A DNA stretch of 49,367 nucleotides from Candidatus Parcubacteria bacterium (GTDB taxonomy: Bacteria > Patescibacteriota > Microgenomatia > Levybacterales > GWA1-39-11): the NCBI GenBank assembly GCA_003599595.1, contig QZIP01000049.1:1-49367 (forward strand), read 5' to 3'. The position numbers were made by a program, and so were the translations under genes. Positions 16,377-24,866 of the stretch are shown in pieces. Position 1 is the first letter of the stretch. The number at the start of each line of letters is the position of its first letter. Below the pieces are notes generated by a model that saw only the letters and a list, made by a program, of their open reading frames with translations, was not told the DNA's origin and made no database searches.

Positions 16377-17224
16377 TATGCGTAATAATCTTCTGGTATC
16401 ATTTCATTAGGACGGGAATCTATATTCATATATTCTGAAACTTTTGAAGCGGCTGTATTTTCCATTTTTTCTAAAGCTTGTTTTTTAAGTTTTGCAGTTT
16501 TTCTTTTTAATTGTTTATTTTTAGATTCTATTTTTCTGATTTCTCTAGCAATTTTTTCGTTTGACCAACCATTATTTATGCCTATTTCTAAAATTCCGTA
16601 TGGAGTTAAACTGTATGTATATTTTTGTCTAGCTCCCTCACTTAATACATTAGGTTTCATTGCATATCTACTAACTAATCCACGAACAACCATTCTTGCT
16701 AACATGGTAGATAATGCTATATTTTGGATTTTATTATCATCTTGAGAAAGATTTAAATTAATCAAACTACCAAAATTGTCAGCTCCATTAAATATAGAAT
16801 CTAATATTCTACGAGAAGTAATAGCATTTTTTTGTAATTTTCCATATGAAGAACCACCGCGCTTGGCTTGACTGCCCCTTAATCCTATTTCATCTACAAT
16901 TTCTGGTTTTTGAGTCTCAAATGGAGATTGTTTTATTAATTTTGTTTTAAGTTCGCGTCTTTCTTTTGGTGTTCTTTCTAATATGGGTGGATCAGACTGG
17001 TTTGGATCAGAAACTACTTGCTCTGGTTTACCTGGTCTACCTACTGTATATTTTGTATATACATTGTCAGGTCTTGGTTTTGTCCAGGGGGTATAATTAA
17101 TATCAAAAAAGTTTGTATTGCTTCTTGATTCAATTTCCTTTTTTGGTTCCTTTTTAACTTCATCCTTAACTGGTTGTGGTTTCTGTATTTCAGTTTTAGG
17201 TTGTTTTGGTGTATTTTCATTCAT
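16376..17224 (-). CDS. basic protein with winged-helix-like domain; paralog of 15133..15951
   Basis: LSTMLARMVVRGLVSR...YTYSLTPYG; C-terminus DSRPNEMIPEDYYA. Confidence 0.7.
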   Translation of the reverse strand: MNENTPKQPKTEIQKPQPVKDEVKKEPKKEIESRSNTNFFDINYTPWTKPRPDNVYTKYTVGRPGKPEQVVSDPNQSDPPILERTPKERRELKTKLIKQSPFETQKPEIVDEIGLRGSQAKRGGSSYGKLQKNAITSRRILDSIFNGADNFGSLINLNLSQDDNKIQNIALSTMLARMVVRGLVSRYAMKPNVLSEGARQKYTYSLTPYGILEIGINNGWSNEKIAREIRKIESKNKQLKRKTAKLKKQALEKMENTAASKVSEYMNIDSRPNEMIPEDYYA

Positions 17225-17242
17225 AACACAAACCTATTTAAG

Positions 17243-17315
17243 TGGACCCGAAGGGAATTGAACCCTTCACAGGTTGCTTGCAAGGCATCCTCGCCCCCTT
17301 GGATCATGACAGCCC
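17243..17315 (-). tRNA. tRNA-Ala(UGC), atypical structure, CCA not encoded
   Basis: 73 nt; G3:U70 and A73 Ala identity; anticodon loop CUUGCAA; T arm AAGGG-TTCAATT-CCCTT; weak D arm and imperfect acceptor stem. Confidence 0.75.
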
Positions 17316-17347
17316 ATTCTAATATTGTAGTTTATCCATAATAATTA

Positions 17348-17689
17348 TTAATATGAAATCAACAAATACCCTAAAGAAAGTTCAGTAGTAACACCGGAAC
17401 CCAATCTCTGTATATTATAAAAATATGCCCCAGGCTGAAAACCACTCATGCTACCCCCTGATACTGTAAAACTAAAAATGCCATTACCCGAGTTAACAAT
17501 AGTGCCGCCGCTTACATTGTTAATGTATCCAGAATTGGTACTCAAAGTGATTAGACCACTAATTCCTCCTGCTCGGTTTGTAACTTGAAATTGAATATTC
17601 CAAGCTCCGATGGCAGTAATCGGATTAACTTGTGTTTGTACTGTAAAATCAGAAAGTGGTGTAACTGATATATTTGTATATACAGGCAT
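17348..17689 (-). CDS. small beta-rich virion protein (BppU-N/Ig-like)
   Basis: GIFSFTVS...PGAYFYNIQ pattern; last gene of the fibre cluster. Confidence 0.55.
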   Translation of the reverse strand: MPVYTNISVTPLSDFTVQTQVNPITAIGAWNIQFQVTNRAGGISGLITLSTNSGYINNVSGGTIVNSGNGIFSFTVSGGSMSGFQPGAYFYNIQRLGSGVTTELSLGYLLISY

Positions 17690-17760
17690 ATTTTACCTTC
17701 TATTCGTCTGCTGTACTGAAAGAAATATTGTTGATTTTGTTATGGTGTCTAGGTTAATCA

Positions 17761-18177
17761 TTAGCTATCAACTTCCCCAGCATCTATTTTACTACGAATA
17801 ACGGTTTTCAAATCGGAAGCAGATACTTCTGGTCTATCAGGTAGTCCTGCAACTCTGGTTTTCAGATCAGCTAAGTTGGTGGCAGCAGCAACTTCTGTTT
17901 TGAATGACATCAACCATTCTCTAGTTCTATTTGTTTCTTCTAATATTGTAAGAGCTAATGCTCGAATTACTTTTGCTAAGTAGTCCGTATCCCCATTAAT
18001 TTCTGCTACTACATTTTTAGCTCTATTTCTTAGATTGGCTAAAATTGCTGCTTGTTCAGCTAACCACGTAGCTCCAGTTCCGGGTGCATTATTTACCCAT
18101 TCGGCTTCTATTGTAGCTGCTTCCTCTGGAGTAAGTGGAACTTGGATACCATTAACTACTTTATGTGTTGCTGGCAT
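17761..18177 (-). CDS. tail fibre assembly/accessory-like protein
   Basis: HKVVNGIQVPLTPEE N-terminus typical of small ORFs following fibre genes; GGAG SD. Confidence 0.55.
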   Translation of the reverse strand: MPATHKVVNGIQVPLTPEEAATIEAEWVNNAPGTGATWLAEQAAILANLRNRAKNVVAEINGDTDYLAKVIRALALTILEETNRTREWLMSFKTEVAAATNLADLKTRVAGLPDRPEVSASDLKTVIRSKIDAGEVDS

Positions 18178-18186
18178 TTGTTTCTC

Positions 18187-18792
18187 CTAAACGGCATTTT
18201 TAAGACCATAGAGACGGAATTCACCGGACATTGTTCCTGATGATGGTAATATTCTAACTGCGTCAACATCTGCAGCAGTGATTCTTTGTCCGCTACCCGC
18301 AAATCTGCCTAGAGTACCCCCAGTATTCCTCATAAGAATATCGTAAGTAGCCATGAAGAATTTTGCAGCAGATGGTTCATAAAAATCAATTACACCACCC
18401 ATTTCTTCATTAGCAGCATTACCTTGAGCGTTATTTATCACGATAGCAGAGTTAGCAGTTGAGCCTAAACCACCATTAGTTGGGGTAGCTAAAACATACA
18501 AAAATGCCCATTGATAATCTGATGCTCCACTATCATAAGTTGAACCACCATCAGTACTGGTTCTTATCCAAACAGCAGCTCCGTCCACAGACACTATTAC
18601 ATGAGCAAATACTATTCTATAAGCAAAAAAATCACTGTTAGTCCAACTTGTCAAAACAAAGTCAACAGAAGAAGCACCGGAAGCTGTTGCAGTAGCTAAT
18701 GGAATCCAAGCTTGGGCTGCTAAATAATCTGCTGGTGGTATTTGACTTAATCCACCATTTACTCCAAACACTAATGGTTTTCGCCAAGCCAT
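18187..18792 (-). CDS. virion structural protein, fibre-tip type beta domain
   Basis: WIPLATATASGASSVDF...YRIVF...SGEFRLYGLKN pattern. Confidence 0.6.
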   Translation of the reverse strand: MAWRKPLVFGVNGGLSQIPPADYLAAQAWIPLATATASGASSVDFVLTSWTNSDFFAYRIVFAHVIVSVDGAAVWIRTSTDGGSTYDSGASDYQWAFLYVLATPTNGGLGSTANSAIVINNAQGNAANEEMGGVIDFYEPSAAKFFMATYDILMRNTGGTLGRFAGSGQRITAADVDAVRILPSSGTMSGEFRLYGLKNAV

Positions 18793-18795
18793 TTT

Positions 18796-19749
18796 TTAGA
18801 ACCCACTGCTAGTAAGAGTTGAGGTTGTAGGATCAATTCGAGCAAGAACAGCACCACTGTTGGCAACTACTCCAATTTGTTGCATAATATCTCCAGAGAG
18901 TAAACCACCAGACCCCCAAGACCCGGAAATCACTATTATATGACCAGACCGACCGACAATCAAAGGTACTCCACCATACCCGGAGTAATTTGCCAATCCA
19001 GATGATAGTTGGAATACCCCGTCCGTGTACATATTGACTTGAATACCGGAAGCTACGTTATCAACAACTACCCCAACTGCTGGCATTCTACCGCTCAAAG
19101 AAGCCATTGCAATTTGTAGGGTACCACTTCTACTTACACTAACAGCTCTAACTCCAGAAATTGGTTCCGCTGTTATGAATGGGGTTGAAGAACCACTCCA
19201 AATTGGACTTAGAGTTGCTGCTTGTGTTACTAATGACCCACTTGCAAAATGATATGTTGATAATTGACCACTTGCTATACTACCCGAAACAACAGCGCCA
19301 TTACCAATCATCCCAGATATAATAGCTCCACTACTTACACTACCAATAGATGCTGTAGTTTTCCTAGCCAGTGATGCATCTACTACATACCACCCACCAC
19401 CATCAGTAGCCGAACCATCATAATATAATGCTTCCCCAGTTTGCAGTGGTGCACGAGCTAATGGAAATACTCCACCAGAAGTATTGATTTGAACTGTAGC
19501 TCTTGCTAATCCAGTATCTGCATTGAATACTGAAATAGATTCAATTTCATCAACTTGGTTTGACCCAACACCACTAACCATTGAAATAGCTGTGGCACCA
19601 CTAATCAATCCTGTTGTTGATTGTGGAGAACAAGTTAGGGATGTAGAACCAACTCTACGATATGATACATGCCATTGTAGAGCATTAGCGGCAACAGTAC
19701 CACTAAGGATTATTTCAAGGGATTTGGTTGTAGTATCTAAATTAATCAT
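18796..19749 (-). CDS. Ser-Gly-rich modular fibre/decoration protein
   Basis: N-domain shared with 21312..24815; C-domain EPISGVRAV...IAMASLSGRMPAVG shared with 24867..27779 and 31775..32845. Confidence 0.7.
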   Translation of the reverse strand: MINLDTTTKSLEIILSGTVAANALQWHVSYRRVGSTSLTCSPQSTTGLISGATAISMVSGVGSNQVDEIESISVFNADTGLARATVQINTSGGVFPLARAPLQTGEALYYDGSATDGGGWYVVDASLARKTTASIGSVSSGAIISGMIGNGAVVSGSIASGQLSTYHFASGSLVTQAATLSPIWSGSSTPFITAEPISGVRAVSVSRSGTLQIAMASLSGRMPAVGVVVDNVASGIQVNMYTDGVFQLSSGLANYSGYGGVPLIVGRSGHIIVISGSWGSGGLLSGDIMQQIGVVANSGAVLARIDPTTSTLTSSGF

Positions 19750-20219
19750 TACGGAACCAATTCATCGCCAGGAATATTAATGCTAGGATCAAAAGAAGGA
19801 TTTACAAGGTAATTTGGATTATCTCTAGTGTAAAAAGTTGCAGCAGTCAACTTCATATCTGCTGTAAATGCAGTTGTGGTATTGACTGCTGTTCTCCAAA
19901 TTAGGAAAATACCATCTGCTGCTGGACCAATATTAGTACTCAATTTAACTGGATTACCAGAAGTTAGATCATTCCAAATAGCTGTTTTTTGAGCACCTGA
20001 TAGAGCATTGAGATCATTATAGATAGCTAATAATGTTCTAGCTCTTCTTTCAGTAGGAGCAATAGGAGTAGCTAATGCTTCTACCAATTCTGGATACTCT
20101 TTGATAGCGGCTTGGTAGTCGCTGTTGGCCGGTGCGTTGGGGACGCACGCCCCGTCGCTCCGCAGCAGCCCGGTTGGGATGCCGCGATTGGTGTACTGCA
20201 CGGTGTAAGTGTATGCCAT
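19749..20219 (-). CDS. hypothetical protein, probable fibre chaperone
   Basis: RSDGACVPNAPANSDYQ motif typical of ORFs downstream of fibres; 5' part is GC-rich. Confidence 0.6.
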   Translation of the reverse strand: MAYTYTVQYTNRGIPTGLLRSDGACVPNAPANSDYQAAIKEYPELVEALATPIAPTERRARTLLAIYNDLNALSGAQKTAIWNDLTSGNPVKLSTNIGPAADGIFLIWRTAVNTTTAFTADMKLTAATFYTRDNPNYLVNPSFDPSINIPGDELVP

Positions 20220-20221
20220 AA

Positions 20222-21235
20222 TTAAAGCTCCGCTGAGGCTGTATATTGAAATCGCATGCCGGTCTTGCTCGTAGCGGCGTCACTTGTCATCAAGAAGCCG
20301 GTGTTGCCCTGACTGCTGACGGTGCCGGTGCGATTGTTGCCAACGGCGTAGTAGAAAACCTTGCTGGCGTTACCGCTCATATCCCAATAACTGATTGTCG
20401 GCGTCGTGCGCATGGCCGACTGCCAATTAACATGCACCACGGTCGCCGCAGTGCTTGCACCAGAAATAGCCACGCCCGCTGAGCCGACGACGGTTGCAGT
20501 CGCAGGTACAGTCTCAGTCTCGTAACTCTTCCGGTAGTACCTCTGGCACATCGCCAGTTCTGTCTCAAAGTCCCGTATCTCGAAATCCGTCGCCGTGTCG
20601 CCGACTTCAAGCTGAACTTGGCTGAGGTAGAAGTCGTTGCTGGTGGAGTCCATGCCGTTGACTTGGTTAGCAGTTGCTTCATAATTACCCGTTTGCCAAG
20701 CGTCTGCGGTGGTATGATAATTAGAGCCGGCTGCTATAACAAATAGCAGTTGGACACCGACACCATTGGTATAATCCCATGTCCCGGCTGACGGCGAAGC
20801 TGGAAATGTTACAGTTTTCCTTTCCCATGTATCAGATGTGGAAATGGTGTATTCAATAACACAAGACCTGTCTGCACCGCCGTTACGAAGTGCAACACAA
20901 AACGTGCCGGTCTTAGTTGACCTTACCCAAAACGAAACCGTAACAGATTTTTGAGCAAAGTTTTTCCAGTTATACCCCTCAACTATTTGATATATATGGT
21001 AAACATCACTAGCTCCAATACTCGCATCTATTGTGGTGCAATCCACCTTGAAAGAGTAGTTTGACAGCTTTCCTGACTGAGCCACCGTTGGAATTGTGGT
21101 GCTTCTACTAACAGTTGCCACGCCTACACCAACAGACCCATATACCCATCTATCGGCCATGTAGCCGCCAGCCGCTGCAAAGCTCGTCCCCCGCTGCCAA
21201 ATGTCAAAGTCGCCGTTGATGATGGTGTTCTTCAT
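20222..21235 (-). CDS. tail fibre / carbohydrate-binding-like receptor domain (may be the frameshifted C-terminus of 21312..24815)
   Basis: KNTIINGDFDIWQRGTSF, ADRW, VQLEVGDTATDFE, ELAMCQRYY motifs; frame open up to 21337; GGTGGG SD-like before ATG 21235. Confidence 0.75.
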   Translation of the reverse strand: MKNTIINGDFDIWQRGTSFAAAGGYMADRWVYGSVGVGVATVSRSTTIPTVAQSGKLSNYSFKVDCTTIDASIGASDVYHIYQIVEGYNWKNFAQKSVTVSFWVRSTKTGTFCVALRNGGADRSCVIEYTISTSDTWERKTVTFPASPSAGTWDYTNGVGVQLLFVIAAGSNYHTTADAWQTGNYEATANQVNGMDSTSNDFYLSQVQLEVGDTATDFEIRDFETELAMCQRYYRKSYETETVPATATVVGSAGVAISGASTAATVVHVNWQSAMRTTPTISYWDMSGNASKVFYYAVGNNRTGTVSSQGNTGFLMTSDAATSKTGMRFQYTASAEL

Positions 21236-21311
21236 CCCACCAGCATAAATGGAAAGAAGACCTTCAGGGTACCTATTTCTTTCTTGAGCCAATGTTTCAG
21301 GTCGCCAAGTT

Positions 21312-24300
21312 CTAATCATTGTAAAGTCCAATCTCACTCATATGCACTACAGCTCCACTAGCTATTGGACCATTAGCCCAAATCGCGGGGACCAAACAAA
21401 CTCCACCACTTAATGATTGTAAAACTACACTAAACACATTCCAAGTACCACCTAATTGACAAGTGACAGCAGGACCAAGTAAAGCAACTCCGGAACCCCA
21501 AGTTGGATCAGTACCACTAGTACCAACTGCAAATCCACTAACAAAAGAATTAGGAACAAAATCAAAATTAGCAACCGAAACACCACTAACAGGAGCACCA
21601 ACTCCACTGGTCGTTTGTAAGATACCCATTCTCATAATCAAACCAGATAAAGCAGCAGTTGTCTTCAATTGAGCCTGGAACGTTAACATTGCTCGATTCA
21701 ATGCTTGGGTATCAGTACAACTCAAGTTCTGATAAACTGCAAACTTGTGACCGCTCTGCGTTATTTGAAATTGACCATAGTATCTATTAGACAAACCACT
21801 AGTGAAACCAGATTGCATTTGATCCCACTGTTGATACATCACCATACTAAATCCAGAAGCAGGAGCTCCCGAAGACCAAGCAACATAAAAACTATCTGGT
21901 CCTACAACATCCGTTCCAGTTCCATGCACTCCAGAAAAACTCAAAACATTGTTGACCAATGGACCATACATACTTTGGGTCCACAAACCACCATTAGTCA
22001 ACCAATTATACTCGCTTCCTGAGTTTATAACTCCAGAAGCCAAGTGCATCTGACCAATTTGACCACTTGCTACACTGCCTGAGACTACAACTCCACTGGC
22101 AAGACTTGGATTAGGATAAGTCCCAGTTAAAGCCCCACCAGCAGTTCCAGCTAATTGAGTATTAGTTGCTCCTTCAGCAGATAGCGTATACCAACCATCA
22201 TCATAATACATTCCTTGACTTGGAGTTAACAACGACTTGGCTTCAGTTCGTAAACTACCTCCAGCATTAGTTTGAACTGTAACCCCAGCAGTTGCAGTAT
22301 CAATATTGAAAACTGATATATGACTTACGTCAACTGCATATCCTGAAGCTGGAGCAGAAATCATAGTAACAGCGGCAGTACCACTAACTAAACCGTTATT
22401 TGCTCCTGGTTGACTGGTTAGATCGGTATTGTTGACGGTGGTATAACCAACATTCCAAGTCAATCCACTAGTAGTAATAGCCCCACTGAGTACAACCTCT
22501 AGTGCTATACCACTGGTTAGAATAATGCCGCGTTTGCGTTGACGAGCAGCTATTCCACCCCAAGCAGTTCCTAGATGTTCCCCAGCAACTTGACCGGAAG
22601 CTATGGAACCAGATACAACCGCTCCATTACCAATCAATCCGGAGGTGATGATACCGCTGGTTAATGCGAAGGAACCTGAGGTGTTTGTAACCGTATAGGT
22701 GTTCGTAGTTGTGACTGCAACAGATATACCAGCTCCAGCAGCGACAACAAAAGCCCCAGATGCAAGATGACCGCTGTTGACTGCGCCACTAGCTAGATGC
22801 ATCCGACCAATGGCACCGGAAGCTACATATCCACTTACTATACTCCCAGAAGGAAGGAGAATGGTGCCAGATATAGCTGTTAAGGAATTGGATGTTCCAA
22901 TGAAGATTCTTCCATATACAGTGCCGACATATACATCACCATTGCCGGCACCGCTTGCTCCAACACCCCCATCAAGGTAAAGATTACCACCAGAACCACC
23001 GACATTTCCTGCATTAGCAAGACCTCCTGGTCCACCATAGATGTAAGTATTGCCACCTGTTGCACCTCTGTTCTGACCGGAACTAGCTGAAGTTCCTCCT
23101 TGTCCGGCTTGTACTGTCAACGTACCACCGTCGCCTGCCAACATTCCAGTACCAGAAGTAGCGGTACCTCCAGTGCCAGCAGTTATTTGAATTAAGCCAC
23201 CAAGTCCAGCGGAACCACTTAGGGATGCAGATCCACCTAACGAGGCTCCAATAACAAGACTAGGAGCAGTAGTATTGACTGCTACTCCAGCTTGCGCCCC
23301 ACCTATTCTGATTGTAGTCGGCGTAACTAAGCCAATGTTCAACGCACCGAACATCCCAGCATCAACATACAATGTACCGGAATTGACATCGGTTGAGATA
23401 TTGATGTTAGTACCATCATCCGATATCAAACTAGTACCAAGAAGTCTTGAAGCTATCCACTTTGTTAGATAACCACTAGTTCCAGTACCAGATAAAAGAA
23501 TAACACCAGAAGCTAGATGCATTCCTCCTATAGAACCACTACTAATATTTCCACTGTTTACAGCATTATTACCAATTAGTCCTGATACTATAATACCTGA
23601 AGTTAATGAACTGCCAGCACCAGACAAGTTAGTAAGTAATATACCACTAAGACCAGGTGTAACAGATATCCCTGGACCAGGTAGTAATGTGCCTGATTGA
23701 ATATGGACAGCAGCAATTTGACCGCTACCAATATTACCGGATAGAACAGCATTATTAGCAATTTCGCCAGATTGAATTAACCCAGAAGCAATTCTCCAAA
23801 AATAAACTGTATCAACACCGGAACGACCAACAAATACTGAATTATCAACACCAGCATCTATAGCTCCAGCACCAATAATTGTTCTATAGGTACCACCACC
23901 ACTGTTAAGAAAGGTAGTGTCCGCACCAATTAAAGTATTTGAATCCCCGTAAGTAACTCCTGCACCACCGACATCATCTCCTGCACCATATCCAATAAAC
24001 GTATTTTTACTACCGCTACTTAATATTGCTCCAGTGTTTGCTCCAAGTGCTGTATTTCCACTAGCCGTATTTACAACATTGACTAAAGATTGAACGCCTA
24101 CAGCTACATTTTCGCTACCATTAGTCAAATTTTTAAGTGCAAAATATCCTACTGCGGTATTATCATTTCCACGAGTATTAAGTTGTAACGCATCATAACC
24201 AACAGCAGTATTATCTATACCAGATATATTATCTGTTAATGCTGCGTCGCCAACAGCAGTGTTGTAATCAGCTAAATTATCAGCTAGGGCGTAAGCTCCT

Positions 24301-24815
24301 ACTGCTGTGTTGTAGCTTCCCGAAATTACGTTCTTAAGAGCATGAAATCCAAACGCAGTGTTTTCTGTAAAGGAAGTAGAAAATCCAGAACTTAAAGCAT
24401 TCACACCTGCTCTGGTATTTTCTTCAAATGGAATAGATACTAATTGAAAACCGGATGCTATGTGGTTTGGGGAAACTGCCCCTGAACTAATGTTTCCAGA
24501 ATTTACAGCATTATTGCCAATTAACCCAGAAACTATGATTCCAGAGGTAAGAGCAGTAGCAGCTCCTGATGTATTTGTAATGGTTAATATGTTTGGCGCA
24601 GTTGCTGCAATATTAACACCAGGACCAGCTGCAACTTGGAACGCACCTGAAGCCATTACTCCAGATACAATAATACCAGAAGCTAGATGGAATCTACCTA
24701 TTTGACCAGATGCTATGTAACCACTGGTCAATCCACCTGATTGAATTCTAAACACAACTCCTGTTGGAGTTGGAAGCCCATCAATTCCAGATGATCCAAT
24801 TACAATCGTATTCAA
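21312..24815 (-). CDS. long Ser-Gly-rich tail fibre with beta-helix repeats and a Gly-rich segment
   Basis: TTG start after AGGT; NTAVG-x-x-AL repeats, GGxGG runs, xxSG pentapeptides, terminal CBM-like domain that appears truncated. Confidence 0.75.
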   Translation of the reverse strand: MNTIVIGSSGIDGLPTPTGVVFRIQSGGLTSGYIASGQIGRFHLASGIIVSGVMASGAFQVAAGPGVNIAATAPNILTITNTSGAATALTSGIIVSGLIGNNAVNSGNISSGAVSPNHIASGFQLVSIPFEENTRAGVNALSSGFSTSFTENTAFGFHALKNVISGSYNTAVGAYALADNLADYNTAVGDAALTDNISGIDNTAVGYDALQLNTRGNDNTAVGYFALKNLTNGSENVAVGVQSLVNVVNTASGNTALGANTGAILSSGSKNTFIGYGAGDDVGGAGVTYGDSNTLIGADTTFLNSGGGTYRTIIGAGAIDAGVDNSVFVGRSGVDTVYFWRIASGLIQSGEIANNAVLSGNIGSGQIAAVHIQSGTLLPGPGISVTPGLSGILLTNLSGAGSSLTSGIIVSGLIGNNAVNSGNISSGSIGGMHLASGVILLSGTGTSGYLTKWIASRLLGTSLISDDGTNINISTDVNSGTLYVDAGMFGALNIGLVTPTTIRIGGAQAGVAVNTTAPSLVIGASLGGSASLSGSAGLGGLIQITAGTGGTATSGTGMLAGDGGTLTVQAGQGGTSASSGQNRGATGGNTYIYGGPGGLANAGNVGGSGGNLYLDGGVGASGAGNGDVYVGTVYGRIFIGTSNSLTAISGTILLPSGSIVSGYVASGAIGRMHLASGAVNSGHLASGAFVVAAGAGISVAVTTTNTYTVTNTSGSFALTSGIITSGLIGNGAVVSGSIASGQVAGEHLGTAWGGIAARQRKRGIILTSGIALEVVLSGAITTSGLTWNVGYTTVNNTDLTSQPGANNGLVSGTAAVTMISAPASGYAVDVSHISVFNIDTATAGVTVQTNAGGSLRTEAKSLLTPSQGMYYDDGWYTLSAEGATNTQLAGTAGGALTGTYPNPSLASGVVVSGSVASGQIGQMHLASGVINSGSEYNWLTNGGLWTQSMYGPLVNNVLSFSGVHGTGTDVVGPDSFYVAWSSGAPASGFSMVMYQQWDQMQSGFTSGLSNRYYGQFQITQSGHKFAVYQNLSCTDTQALNRAMLTFQAQLKTTAALSGLIMRMGILQTTSGVGAPVSGVSVANFDFVPNSFVSGFAVGTSGTDPTWGSGVALLGPAVTCQLGGTWNVFSVVLQSLSGGVCLVPAIWANGPIASGAVVHMSEIGLYND

Positions 24816-24866
24816 TTACTTACCTAAAAATACAGTATAAACATTAATTATACATAAAAATCACTG

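Noticed and set aside
20110-21337. Diversity-generating retroelement target at the fibre C-terminus
   Set aside because: No reverse transcriptase in the window, and I found no template/variable repeat pair differing at adenines.
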